A DNA stretch of 64,000 bases. It comes from an uncultured Nitrososphaerota archaeon. GTDB lineage: Archaea > Thermoproteota > EX4484-205 > JAAOZO01. The stretch spans positions 1 through 64,000 of the forward strand of contig CAYOYV010000007.1 of the NCBI GenBank assembly GCA_964408285.1, in the 5' to 3' direction. A program made the translations under genes and the position numbers. A model generated the notes under the pieces. The model made no database searches. It had not been told where the DNA came from and saw only the letters and a program-made list of their open reading frames with translations. This document shows, in pieces, positions 48,642-59,080 of the stretch (position 1 is the stretch's first letter; each line of letters starts with the position of its first letter).

Positions 48642-49682
48642 TCACCATTCAGAGGGGCTTCCCCATCTCCTCTTGCTGAACAGGTAGCAGAGTATCCAAG
48701 AGACGATTGCGATGATGATCGTCACGACTATTGCGATTTCGCTTGTAAGTGAGCTAGGCCCTATCAATCTATATGCCAGAGCGAGTAGCGAGAAATGAAG
48801 ATAATATATAACGAGAGGCACGCGGCCTACAACTGTCAGAATGGTCAAGTTCACATGTCGATCATCAAGCATCTGAATGATCCCAAGCAGAAAAAGAGAA
48901 GCGCCTGCGGAGAAGAGTATGGAGTGATAGTAGGCCCATGTGCCGAGGAATAGGGCTAGGATTGTTCCCGCCCCAATCAATGGAGGCACGAATATGTACA
49001 TTAACGTGATTGCTCCGCCAACGAGAACCATCTCCCGCTTCATTTTCTGTCCCTGAACCAAGAGCTTGGTGACAGCGGCGCCAACGAACATAAGCGGAAT
49101 TGTCTTCAGTACAGCCCACGTATTCGTGAATAATATGTTCAAGGGGTACCACCCCAGTATGAAGGCGAATGGTTGCGACAGGATTAAACTCATCAGAAGC
49201 GCTATCGCTGTCGCTGAGGCAGTGAGTTGCCTCCACGAAAGACCATGTATGAAAGGAAGGGCCACGATTGCGGTTAGGCCCAAGGACGCAATTGGGTCGC
49301 TTACGTTAATCGCCCGCGACAACATGCGAGAAAAATCCGGCGTCACTCCAAGTATGACGTAAAGAGAAGTTCCCAGGAGAAACATTTCCGTCAGGATATA
49401 AATCACATATCTGAGTACGATGTGAAGTACAACTTCACGAGGACTCCCGGTTTCAAGTCTTCTCATCGAAGAGAGGACCAGACTTGCGCCCGTTATGAAA
49501 AAGAATAAGGGTAGACCGGTTGCTAGCGGATCACCGCGCGTTGCTAACACTGCTTCTGCTGTCTCTAGTTCCTCGTATAATCCTGTGAAGAATAGATACA
49601 GCCACACGGTATGATAGGGGATCATGAATAAAATGGCAAGCCCCCTCATAGCATCAAGGCACCTAAGACGTTTCATGGGCAT
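48642..49682 (-). CDS. DUF1624/HGSNAT-like membrane acyltransferase
   Basis: RL..LDAMRGLAILFM..H, PLFFFITGAS. Confidence 0.8.
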   Translation of the reverse strand: MPMKRLRCLDAMRGLAILFMIPYHTVWLYLFFTGLYEELETAEAVLATRGDPLATGLPLFFFITGASLVLSSMRRLETGSPREVVLHIVLRYVIYILTEMFLLGTSLYVILGVTPDFSRMLSRAINVSDPIASLGLTAIVALPFIHGLSWRQLTASATAIALLMSLILSQPFAFILGWYPLNILFTNTWAVLKTIPLMFVGAAVTKLLVQGQKMKREMVLVGGAITLMYIFVPPLIGAGTILALFLGTWAYYHSILFSAGASLFLLGIIQMLDDRHVNLTILTVVGRVPLVIYYLHFSLLALAYRLIGPSSLTSEIAIVVTIIIAIVSWILCYLFSKRRWGSPSEW

Positions 49683-49793
49683 GGTAGATGCGCGCACTTG
49701 GTGTTGCTTGTCTCATAAATCTTTTAAGCCTTGCTCGGTTCACAGTTGGCAGATTCGAATCTTTAAATCCGAAGAGCGGGCTGTCCAGTTTGG

Positions 49794-50471
49794 GTGACCA
49801 CATTCATGCCCTTCAGACTGAGAATGATCCTTGAGCCCAGAATCGCCGCATGGCTTGGAGTCATGTCGCTTCTTTGCGTGATTGTGTCTACTGGCATTTC
49901 AATCGCTCTTTCTCCGTGGTTCAGTTGGACGCGCAATGCCCTCAGCGACTTGGGAGTTTCGGAAGTGGCTCCTGTTTTCAATGTTGGCCTAATCATCACC
50001 GGGATTCTACTATCGATCTTCGCGACATCTCTTGCCCTTGTGGAACATGCCAATCGCCTTGGTCTACTTGGTGCAATGGGACTGGCCATCCTTGGCCTAT
50101 CAACTGTAGGAGTTGGGATCTTCTCTGAGGCCTTCATAGTTATGCATATCTTCTTTGCCCTGAGTTGCTTCTTTTCGTTGATCTCATCCTCTATCCTGCT
50201 TGGCGTGCGTTTCGCCTCGGAAAAGGAGACAAGGACATTGGGTGCGCTGGGGTTGCTGGCAGGGATGCTTGGCATGATTGTTTGGTCCACCATTAGATTT
50301 CCCGGGGTGGCATCCAAGGAGGCACTTGGAGGTCTCCCTTTTATCGTATGGTTCATTCCGCTTAGTCTATGGCTGTACAGGAAAGGCAACCTACCTTCGC
50401 CAAAGGTTACAGGAAGCTCGAGATACGATTCGGGCACCTCCAAATCCTGCGTTCAACCCTTGGAACACTGA
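49794..50471 (+). CDS. DUF998 family membrane protein
   Basis: SPWFSW..NALSDLG...FNVGLI. Confidence 0.85.
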   Translation: MTTFMPFRLRMILEPRIAAWLGVMSLLCVIVSTGISIALSPWFSWTRNALSDLGVSEVAPVFNVGLIITGILLSIFATSLALVEHANRLGLLGAMGLAILGLSTVGVGIFSEAFIVMHIFFALSCFFSLISSSILLGVRFASEKETRTLGALGLLAGMLGMIVWSTIRFPGVASKEALGGLPFIVWFIPLSLWLYRKGNLPSPKVTGSSRYDSGTSKSCVQPLEH

Positions 50472-50518
50472 AACGTGTCAAAAACCTTTTATCCAAGACA
50501 TAGAAATCCCGTTCGAAA

Positions 50519-51685
50519 TTGAACCTAGGGCTTCTTGACCATTTGACCAAGTACTCTATTAGGGATCTCTTCACCCAGCCGTCTAGGACAATGCTCACGA
50601 TATTCGGAATAGTGATCGGGATCGCCTTCATGGTATCGCTGTCGAGTCTGGCGGTATCTATGAAGACGGAGATAGAGGGCAGTGTCGAAACCGTCATGAA
50701 GTCCGCAGTCTTCGTCAATGCGCGCAGACTGCAGGGAGCTATTCCCACATATGTCTCGAATACTATTCAGAAAATGGATGGAGTTGTCTCAGTCATTCCT
50801 GTTGTGATAAGCGTTAGCGCTTCAGGAGGAAAAGCGGTCACAGTCGTCGGGATGCCAGTGAATGAAATGCAAGGTTTCATACCAGTCGTCACTGGTAGAC
50901 TCCCAAACGCAGACAATGCTTCAGAATTCTTGACGACTGAGCCCATAGCCGCAAGCTTCAATCTTGCCATCAACGATACGTTGAAGGTGACAACTTTGCA
51001 GATGATGACATCAACTAATCTGAAGCTCGTTGGCATGACCGAGCTTGTGGGCATTTTCCAGGGACTGGCGGCCGGATCTGGCATGGTCGCGTTTACTGGA
51101 ATAAGCGCTGCACAGCAAATGTTCAACATGGAAGGATACGCCACGATTTTCATCGTGAGGATAACAGAACCCAACGTAGCGCAGGATCTCAAGCAAACGA
51201 TAGAGGCCACTTTCCCAAAACTCAACGTCATGCTGGAGACGGATCTAGTTAGCAGCGTTGGAAACATAATCACCTCGTTGGATGCCCTTGTTTTTGCCGT
51301 GAGCTTGATAGGACTATCGATTTCTGGTCTGAGCGTGATGAACTCCATAGCCACGAACGTCGTGGAGAAAAGAAGGGAGATCGGAGTTCTCAAGTCGATT
51401 GGTGCCAAGAACTGGCAGGTATTCTATATATTCATATTTCAGGGTCTGCTGTTTGGAATAGCGGGGGGAATATTGGGAGGAGGAGTCGGCATTGGCATCA
51501 CCTACTTGATACTCAACTTCGTCAACAACGTCCTCTCGATAGGAGTAACATTCCCCTTCATTATCGACACGACAACTTACTTCAGGGGATTCAGCGTGGC
51601 TTTGATCCTAGGGATTCTGGCCAGCATAGTACCCTCTTGGAACGCCACAAGGGTCAGGCCTGTGGAGGCGCTGAGATATGAGTGA
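50519..51685 (+). CDS. MacB/FtsX-type ABC permease
   Basis: RT.LT..GI.IG, EKRREIGVLKSIGA, PVEALRYE. Confidence 0.93.
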   Translation: MNLGLLDHLTKYSIRDLFTQPSRTMLTIFGIVIGIAFMVSLSSLAVSMKTEIEGSVETVMKSAVFVNARRLQGAIPTYVSNTIQKMDGVVSVIPVVISVSASGGKAVTVVGMPVNEMQGFIPVVTGRLPNADNASEFLTTEPIAASFNLAINDTLKVTTLQMMTSTNLKLVGMTELVGIFQGLAAGSGMVAFTGISAAQQMFNMEGYATIFIVRITEPNVAQDLKQTIEATFPKLNVMLETDLVSSVGNIITSLDALVFAVSLIGLSISGLSVMNSIATNVVEKRREIGVLKSIGAKNWQVFYIFIFQGLLFGIAGGILGGGVGIGITYLILNFVNNVLSIGVTFPFIIDTTTYFRGFSVALILGILASIVPSWNATRVRPVEALRYE

Positions 51686-52562
51686 AAACAAACTCATCCA
51701 ATGCGTGGATCTGATGAAAGTGTACGAGGTAGGAAACAACAAGATCTTCGCGCTTGACGGGATAGATTTCGAAGCAAACCAGGGAGACCTCATCTCCCTG
51801 ATGGGACCTTCTGGTTCTGGTAAGTCCACACTACTGCACATGATTGGAACGATAGATAGGCCGACGAGCGGAAGAGTTTGGATTGACGGAGTGGATGTGA
51901 CAGAACTCCCGGAGACAAAGCTCTACGAATTCAGAAGGGACAAGATAGGTTTCGTTTTCCAGTTCTTCAATCTTGCAACCCGTCTGAACGCCATAGAGAA
52001 CGTGACACTTCCAATGATGCTAGCAGAGAAATACAAGAGAGAGGAAGCTACAGACAAGGCAAAACTGCTATTGAGGCTGATAGGGCTGCCAGAGGAGAGG
52101 TTCAAGAATACCCCCAGACAGCTCAGTGCAGGCCAGCAGCAAATGGTGGCCATGGCAAGATCACTGGCCAACGATCCTCTTTTTGTGTTGGCGGATGAGC
52201 CAACTGGAAACCTGGACCTGGAGTCGGCGGCAAGATTGATCTCAATGATAAAGTCCCTGAACTCATACATGAAACTGACTTTCATAATAGTCACCCACAA
52301 TCCAGAAGTGGCAAGTGTCGCTCCTGTAATCAGATTCATGAGGGGAGGAAAGCTACTGGACAGGCCGCCGGACTCCTATCTGGCACATCGGGTCGCACGG
52401 CAGGACGCTACTTCTTCGCCCGAAAAAGCTGAGCTTTTCAGTGATCTATTCGATTTCGAGCAAGGAGTAACCGAGAGAAGGTACTTGAATGGTGACTTAG
52501 GTGATGTGGAGTTCGAAAGGCAGATGAACAGGATAGAGGAGATAAGGCGACATATACGATGA
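51678..52562 (+). CDS. LolD-type ABC ATPase with C-terminal extension
   Basis: GPSGSGKST, LSAGQQQ, ADEPTGNLD. Confidence 0.95.
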   Translation: MSENKLIQCVDLMKVYEVGNNKIFALDGIDFEANQGDLISLMGPSGSGKSTLLHMIGTIDRPTSGRVWIDGVDVTELPETKLYEFRRDKIGFVFQFFNLATRLNAIENVTLPMMLAEKYKREEATDKAKLLLRLIGLPEERFKNTPRQLSAGQQQMVAMARSLANDPLFVLADEPTGNLDLESAARLISMIKSLNSYMKLTFIIVTHNPEVASVAPVIRFMRGGKLLDRPPDSYLAHRVARQDATSSPEKAELFSDLFDFEQGVTERRYLNGDLGDVEFERQMNRIEEIRRHIR

Positions 52563-54841
52563 AGCAAAACGGTCTGGGCACAATTGTCCTTCTCATCCTT
52601 CTTCTTTCATTGAATGCACAGAATCAGAGAATTTCTGGAGATGAGGTAGCTGCAATCACCCTCAAGGGAACCTCTTCCTATTCAACTCAACTTGATGCGA
52701 GAACTGGTAAGGAGATCTCGTCCTTCTCCTATTCATTGCAGGTCGATAATGGAGGCGATTCTCCGACTTCAGCTGCAGTCAGGCTTGTTTTCCATGATGT
52801 AGAGGCTGATTCCGTGCAGACGTTTTCCCCTGCGATTCGATTAGTCAAGTCAATCGACCTCGGGAGATTTGTGGAATGTACATTCAACGTTACGGCCCCC
52901 CCTGGAAGATCGACATTCGAGATCTCTGCTAAACCTCGTGCTATGCCTTTTCTGGCAAGTCAGAGCTTGATTGTCAACGGAGAACCCGCGAACGTGACTG
53001 TGATGGGCCCTTATAGATATGTTTCGATTAATGCGGGGGACCTCCTCATTTGGAAAGTGAAGGTGACAAATCAGTTCTGGAACACAAGATCAATGTCTGT
53101 TAGGCTTCAGATGCCGTTGTTGTTGTCTCTGTCTTTGGACACAACGTATTTCGAAATTGTCAGCATGAATCCAGCACCAAACTCAACAAAGGAAGGAAAG
53201 GAGAACCAATGGAATCTGATGCTTGAGGATTCCGCTGAGATAGAACTCAAGATAAAAGTGACTAAGCTATCTGAATGGGGGATCGCGAAGCTCTCACCTT
53301 TCATAATCTCGTACTCCTCCGAGACACTAGTCAGCTTCTTGGAAATGATGAAGGGACGGGCATCTAGCCTAAGGGCGAGTGCAGATCTGTTGGAGACGGT
53401 TCTGAAATCTGCCAACTCCTCAATTGGCCTTGTGGGAGGCATCGCGGATCAGTTGGACATAGCAAGTAATGCGATGGTTGCATCTGGGGTTGCAACGGCT
53501 GAAGTGGGAAATGCCCTATTGATGATTGCCCAACAAGCCAATGGAACAGCAAGCGCCATAGGAGCATTTCTCCCTCAACTGGATTTGCTGCTGCAGCTTA
53601 CCTCATCAGAGAACCTGAGCGCAATCATATCCCAGGCCAAGTCCAACATAGATTCAACAATAGCCACATTACAGAATCTCCAGAACACCCTTTCGGCTCA
53701 AGCCGGGGTTCTGCTTCAGCTCAACACCACACTGAACACATTGCTAAACCAGACTTCCAATCCTGAACAGAGGAGCCTAATACTGTCCAGCATTGCCATG
53801 ACGGAGTCAGTCTACGATGGCATTTCTGGAAGCATTCCATTGATCCAGGATGCGATTGCCTCGCTGGATGAGATGAAGACTATCTTGGATCAGATCGATC
53901 TCTCAGAGGTGCATGGTGCTCTTTTGAATTACTCCATTTCGGTAAACCAGCTCTACTCTGGCATGAAGGGCATGTCCAGCGCCCTATCTGAGGTTGGCGG
54001 CACAATGCTGTCCGTTGCTAGGACAGGTTTTGACCAGTTCAGGTATCTGTCGAATCTTTCAGCACTCCTTAGGGAGTCCACTAATGCGACAGCTGACTCA
54101 ATGACAGAACTCGACAACAGTGCTAGCGAGGCAAGGGCCGCTGCAGATAGACTTGATTCGGACATAAGAAACGCCGAGCTGGAAAAGGAAAGGCTCTCAT
54201 ACCTTTCTCCAGAGACAGCAACCAAAAGAAATGAGCCTTTGAAGCTCCTGGTTACGGAGGATGATACCCTGAATCATTTCCTGAAATCAGTCTCGAACGA
54301 GTCAACATTCGTGAAGTACTTGGCTTTCAATTCGACCTCTGCCCTAGAGATCTGGAACCTTACGGGAGGCAATCCGGTGAAAGTCACCGATTTGTCATCC
54401 CTGGGGATCTGGAGAAGCGATGGCTCTTTCTACATTCCCATCTTCTCCAGCTTGGATGTCAACGAAGTCGGATTTGACTGGTCAGGGAGATTCCCGATGA
54501 AACTCGTATTGGCAGAGGGATACGAGGTGACGATCTACTACAGGAATGGGCTCGGGAATCAGACGGAGCTCTTCGTCGCCACATTGCTTCAGCCAGACTT
54601 TGCGACCGAAGTCAGTCCAGCTTCCATCATACCAACTGAACCCGAGAAGCCGCCAACAGGAGAATCGCGATTGCTCAGCCCCCAGGCGCTTACAATAGCA
54701 AGCTATGTCGTCCTGGCAGCTGCGATTGTAGCCATTTACTTCTGGAACTCGAGAAAGAAACGCTCAATAGCCCGCGAGCAGGAACGATTGAAGAGGATTG
54801 AAGAGAGGAGAAAGCTCAGAGCTGATTCGGAGAGTGGATGA
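52559..54841 (+). CDS. Large membrane-anchored extracellular coiled-coil protein
   Basis: Signal peptide, long heptad-rich central region, C-terminal TM plus basic tail; overlaps the ATPase stop. Confidence 0.75.
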   Translation: MKQNGLGTIVLLILLLSLNAQNQRISGDEVAAITLKGTSSYSTQLDARTGKEISSFSYSLQVDNGGDSPTSAAVRLVFHDVEADSVQTFSPAIRLVKSIDLGRFVECTFNVTAPPGRSTFEISAKPRAMPFLASQSLIVNGEPANVTVMGPYRYVSINAGDLLIWKVKVTNQFWNTRSMSVRLQMPLLLSLSLDTTYFEIVSMNPAPNSTKEGKENQWNLMLEDSAEIELKIKVTKLSEWGIAKLSPFIISYSSETLVSFLEMMKGRASSLRASADLLETVLKSANSSIGLVGGIADQLDIASNAMVASGVATAEVGNALLMIAQQANGTASAIGAFLPQLDLLLQLTSSENLSAIISQAKSNIDSTIATLQNLQNTLSAQAGVLLQLNTTLNTLLNQTSNPEQRSLILSSIAMTESVYDGISGSIPLIQDAIASLDEMKTILDQIDLSEVHGALLNYSISVNQLYSGMKGMSSALSEVGGTMLSVARTGFDQFRYLSNLSALLRESTNATADSMTELDNSASEARAAADRLDSDIRNAELEKERLSYLSPETATKRNEPLKLLVTEDDTLNHFLKSVSNESTFVKYLAFNSTSALEIWNLTGGNPVKVTDLSSLGIWRSDGSFYIPIFSSLDVNEVGFDWSGRFPMKLVLAEGYEVTIYYRNGLGNQTELFVATLLQPDFATEVSPASIIPTEPEKPPTGESRLLSPQALTIASYVVLAAAIVAIYFWNSRKKRSIAREQERLKRIEERRKLRADSESG

Positions 54842-54979
54842 AAGAGCCGCTCCACCGAAGCGAGAGTGGGAAGGCACATGCAGATATTCTTCCTTTATGT
54901 CATCAGACGACCAATGCTCTTGGATGTTGATTCGGGCCCCCTTGTGCAACGGGGATCTCCCCAGCAATTCCCTAGTCAC

Positions 54980-55429
54980 TCAACCGAATATCTTTGGTAA
55001 CAAGAATCCCACTTCTTCCGCGTAGTTCTCCCATTGCTTTCCGAACTTCCTCTTCAATAGCTCATCCTCGACCCTCGCCCTGTAAATCGCAGATGGAACC
55101 GAAAGGAGCAACGTGAACGCAGAGGCGATGAGGCTGCCGAGCATCAGATCTATGCCCAACACAATCACTATGAAACTGAGATAGAGGGGATGCCTGCAGA
55201 ACCTATATGGCCCTTCGGTCACAAGGTGGTCAAGGTTGGGCTCAGTGTCCCCAAAGAAGCCTTTCCTGAGGTATAACAATACATAGCCACACGCGACGAA
55301 TCCGAGGACTAGGATCGCCTCTCCGATTCCCTTTGGAACCGATAAGGTGTTTCTGGAGTATATCCCGATGAATAGGTTGACGGAAAACGTGATAACCATT
55401 ACCAATGAAGGCAGATCAACTTTCGGCAT
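54980..55429 (-). CDS. Isoprenylcysteine carboxyl methyltransferase (ICMT/PEMT) family
   Basis: LVTEGPYRFCRHPLY, EDELL...FG..W..Y. Confidence 0.9.
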   Translation of the reverse strand: MPKVDLPSLVMVITFSVNLFIGIYSRNTLSVPKGIGEAILVLGFVACGYVLLYLRKGFFGDTEPNLDHLVTEGPYRFCRHPLYLSFIVIVLGIDLMLGSLIASAFTLLLSVPSAIYRARVEDELLKRKFGKQWENYAEEVGFLLPKIFG

Positions 55430-55487
55430 GAACTAGACACCCCCTCTTCCCATTAAGAAAGAGAACAAGTTAATCTTCTTTCCCGAT

Positions 55488-56702
55488 TTATCTCCCTTCA
55501 CCCGGATTCCCTCGCCGTTTCGTGGTTTCTTTGAGGGGAGTCATCACGCCGCCAGCAGTTCTCTCCGTAAGGGGAACCATCCTCGTACATTCCTTCACCT
55601 TGACCTCTCTATCCGCGATAAAATGTCCTGTTCGAAAGGCTTCGCAATGAATCCTATCCAGAAGGCCCCCCTTCACCTTCTCGAAGAAGAGAAGCTTGAC
55701 CGTTGGCTCTGGGTCTTCTGCATAATCCCAAATACCCATTATTGATCCATCTACCAAGATAGTCGATGTGGCATTTCCGGCAAAATCGAAGATGTTGTTC
55801 CAATGTTTCGTGGGGACGTACCTTCTCCTATCCTTGTAACCCATGACATAGGGATCAAGGTATGGCAGCATGTTGATTGTTCCTGCTCCTTGGAGATTCC
55901 TCGAATCCAGAAGACACGCATCACTGCTCGTTGCGAAATGGGTTGAACCAAGTCCTGCGATCTTCCAACTTGCCAGTTCACCTTCCAAGCTTCGTAGGAC
56001 ACTCCTAACCTCTGATCTGGGGAAACCCGTCCACCAACAGATGTCGTTCTCGGTCGTCGGACCGTACGAGGCTATATATCTCTCTACGAGCATTGCCCTT
56101 GCCTCATCCTGACTGTAGGCGTCAAGGTTGATGTCAGGGAAGTACTGATCGAAACGATGATATCTGTACAGATTGCTCCTCCAACCCTTTTCAGTCTCCC
56201 CTCGGATGAGCAATCCCTTGTCGCACATAAGATTCAGTATAGCTGAGACATTCAGCCTTCCGCCAAGCGCTTTCTTCACTTCGGAGGTGGTCATCCCCTG
56301 GCGCTTCAAAAGAACCAGGATGACCCTTGCTGTCTTCTCGTATTGGCTTTCAGATATCCCGAGATACTTGGCGAATTGCCTAGAAGCGATCTCGGAGGTT
56401 CCCCTCGTTGCTGCAAACGCAAGAGGGATGAGCAGCTTGGTCAGAACAAAAACGGTTTTCCTCATGCACCTGATTCTTCCAAGCCTCTTTCGCATATACA
56501 ATTCCCTCTCTAGGCCCTCCTTGTGGAATTCCCTAGATCTTGCCAATAGTGACAGGTATGGTGTAGTCGGGCTTGTAGAATGAAGGCCTAGAATGTCCTC
56601 CACTGTTTCAACGATGTTGTTGGTTTTGGAGCTCTGAAGCAAGTGTTGCTTGTTCAGAAGTAACATATTGATCCTTTCGAATTCTCGTGTTGCGGCCATC
56701 AA
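55488..56702 (-). CDS. AlkZ/YcaQ-like (HTH_42) DNA glycosylase family
   Basis: YGPTTENDICWWTG, LPYLDPYVMGYKDR. Has LHST where the canonical QxQ/QxD motif lies. Confidence 0.82.
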   Translation of the reverse strand: MMAATREFERINMLLLNKQHLLQSSKTNNIVETVEDILGLHSTSPTTPYLSLLARSREFHKEGLERELYMRKRLGRIRCMRKTVFVLTKLLIPLAFAATRGTSEIASRQFAKYLGISESQYEKTARVILVLLKRQGMTTSEVKKALGGRLNVSAILNLMCDKGLLIRGETEKGWRSNLYRYHRFDQYFPDINLDAYSQDEARAMLVERYIASYGPTTENDICWWTGFPRSEVRSVLRSLEGELASWKIAGLGSTHFATSSDACLLDSRNLQGAGTINMLPYLDPYVMGYKDRRRYVPTKHWNNIFDFAGNATSTILVDGSIMGIWDYAEDPEPTVKLLFFEKVKGGLLDRIHCEAFRTGHFIADREVKVKECTRMVPLTERTAGGVMTPLKETTKRRGNPGEGR

Positions 56703-56727
56703 TTGCCACCATAATCGTAGGTTCTCA

Positions 56728-57522
56728 CTACTTCGCTCGGCTGCAAGCCTCTATGAACCCCGGGGAATCGGTCGAAAAGGCGTATTTCATCTCAATTTCA
56801 TGTGCGAACATTCTTGTGATGAGAAGGTCGTCCAAGGTCTCGTGACTCTCGACGGCCGTCGTGCAATCCCTGATCAGAATCGGATTGTAGCCCCTTTCGG
56901 ACATCGCCCTCATGCCGTAGTCCCTGTGCTGAAGGCACATGTTGGTCGCGAAGCCCACGTAGAACAGATGAAGTAGCTGAAGCTTCTTGAGGATCTTGTG
57001 CAGATGGCTTCCCGAAATGACAACATAGTCATCCGGCTTCGGCGCAACTGGTTCGGCGATCATCATGGTTTCGTATTCGCCTTTCCACGTCTCACGAGGG
57101 GGAGAGAAAACGCGTTTGAGAGAGGAATAGGTTCCCTCCCTTTCCACGAATTCCTTTGGAGGCCATTCAGCATCGACTGATGCGTATGTTGGCCCCTTCT
57201 CCTCGTCACCTGGCTCGAAAAGCCTCTTTGACTGGGGATATCTTCCAGCCACGTTTGAAGATGGAGCGTGGATGATTGCCATCCCCGCCTTCCTGGCAGC
57301 TTCAACAACTGGAACGATCTTGTTTTCTATTATGGCTTTGGACCTTGACATATAGCTCGTGCAATAGTGCTTGTTCCAGCAATCCACGAGTACTAGGGCG
57401 GACTCCCCAACTGGAATCTCGATCATTCGCTCGACATAGTGAAAGTCCCTTTCGCTGCATCCGTAGGGTTTGTCCTCGAGATACAACCTGTAGAATCTTG
57501 CTGGAATCCTTAGGCTTACCAT
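56728..57522 (-). CDS. Isochorismatase family cysteine hydrolase
   Basis: ALVLVDCW, GFATNMCL, LIRDCT. Confidence 0.88.
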   Translation of the reverse strand: MVSLRIPARFYRLYLEDKPYGCSERDFHYVERMIEIPVGESALVLVDCWNKHYCTSYMSRSKAIIENKIVPVVEAARKAGMAIIHAPSSNVAGRYPQSKRLFEPGDEEKGPTYASVDAEWPPKEFVEREGTYSSLKRVFSPPRETWKGEYETMMIAEPVAPKPDDYVVISGSHLHKILKKLQLLHLFYVGFATNMCLQHRDYGMRAMSERGYNPILIRDCTTAVESHETLDDLLITRMFAHEIEMKYAFSTDSPGFIEACSRAK

Positions 57523-57651
57523 GTAGAAACAGGGTTCAATACATTAAAAAAACATTGGGTCCATGTGAGTGGAACCCAACCGCACAAGATGTGCCCCGGT
57601 TCATTGGCCGGAGCCATTCTGTCGGCTATTGTGATCTCTCCTTTGAAACTG

Positions 57652-57774
57652 TCATTTGAAGAAAGTCGTGGCCCTGTACTTGAATGAAACGCCATTTATG
57701 TCCGCCCTCATGTCCTTCGCCATCTCCTCCCAGTCTATTGTCTTTTTTAGTTCCGCCTTTTTCCATATTGCCAT
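57652..57774 (-). CDS. Unannotated 40-aa small protein
   Basis: MAIWKKAELKKTIDWEEMAKDMRADINGVSFKYRATTFFK*. AGGTGA RBS 6 nt upstream and an ATTAAAT box further upstream. Confidence 0.55.
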   Translation of the reverse strand: MAIWKKAELKKTIDWEEMAKDMRADINGVSFKYRATTFFK

Positions 57775-57931
57775 TCCACATCACCTAATGAACTCCTTTC
57801 CTCTGATTGTATTTAATGGCAGCTCACGAAGGAAGCTCACGATATGTGAGCACAACAGATATTCATCCGGGCATGTGACAGAATCGCCGTCCAACACAAC
57901 AAATAAATCGAGTCCAGACCTACATTTCTAG

Positions 57932-59080
57932 ATGGAGCCATTCGACATAGGACACTACGTTCACCTGATCGAGGAAAGCGAGCGAAGGATATCGGCAGCC
58001 GAGGATTTCAAGGAGGCTGACAGAATTCCTGTAACCATGGGACTTGGAGGGCCATACTATGCTTGGCTCTTTGGGCGCACCTTGGCACAGTACTACAATG
58101 ACCTCGGAACCATGTTGGACAGCCAGATAAAGGGCATCAAATGGAGGCTCTCCTCCTTGGGCGATGACGTGGCTGGGGTTGGAGCATGGTTCGATGTTGG
58201 ATCGATCTCCGAGGGGCTAGTCTTTGAATGCCAGATCAGAATGCCAGACGAGACAAATCCTTGGATGAGCCCGTGGATAATCCCGCGCGTCAAGACACTA
58301 GAGGATATTGACCGATTGGAAATCCCCGACCCAAGTTCGAACAAGCAGGTGAGGAACCACTACGCGAGGTTGCAGAGGTTCAGGGAATTGGTCAAAGAAA
58401 ATTATAGGGACATCCCCGCGTCAGGAGGACTTCAGATTCATCCGCCGATTTCGGCCGCTGGATCGCTACTCGGACCCGAGAAGCTTTACTCTTGGATCTA
58501 CAGATATCCCAATGAGATGCACAAGCTATTCAGAAAGCTGGTCCACGCTTTCAAGGTCATGAGGAATTTCGATTGTGAAATGACCGGTGCAGAGCATGAT
58601 TCACTGCATCTGTCTGATGATCATGCAGGATATCTCGACAGGGAGCAGTATCAGAGGTTCGCACTGCCGTACAATCTAGAACTCTATCAACTTTATGGCT
58701 CAAGGCAACGAGGCCTCCACATGGATTCCCACATGGATCACATAACTGATATTGTAAGGGACGTCTACAAGGTGAAGTATGCAGATGTCGGCGTGGAAAA
58801 TGATATCAGAACAATAGCCCTGGCATTCAAGGGGAAAATCGTCTTCAATGGCAATGCCAACTGGAGGGTCTTGGTGAACGGTTCTCCAGAATCGATAGAG
58901 AAGGAGGTGGAGAAGTGCGTTTTCCATTCGGCGCGTGGAGGGGGATACATTTTCGACAATGGCGGGGAGACCTACATCGGAGTATCTCCAGAGAAACTGA
59001 AGTATGAGGTAAGCTACGCAAAGAAAGTGGGTCAGTATCCCATCAAGCTTGATCGTTTTAGACACATACCGAAACAATGA
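57932..59080 (+). CDS. Uroporphyrinogen decarboxylase / MtaA-like family protein
   Basis: PISAAGSLLG, SDD, LH.D, GN, GGGYIF pattern. Confidence 0.85.
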   Translation: MEPFDIGHYVHLIEESERRISAAEDFKEADRIPVTMGLGGPYYAWLFGRTLAQYYNDLGTMLDSQIKGIKWRLSSLGDDVAGVGAWFDVGSISEGLVFECQIRMPDETNPWMSPWIIPRVKTLEDIDRLEIPDPSSNKQVRNHYARLQRFRELVKENYRDIPASGGLQIHPPISAAGSLLGPEKLYSWIYRYPNEMHKLFRKLVHAFKVMRNFDCEMTGAEHDSLHLSDDHAGYLDREQYQRFALPYNLELYQLYGSRQRGLHMDSHMDHITDIVRDVYKVKYADVGVENDIRTIALAFKGKIVFNGNANWRVLVNGSPESIEKEVEKCVFHSARGGGYIFDNGGETYIGVSPEKLKYEVSYAKKVGQYPIKLDRFRHIPKQ

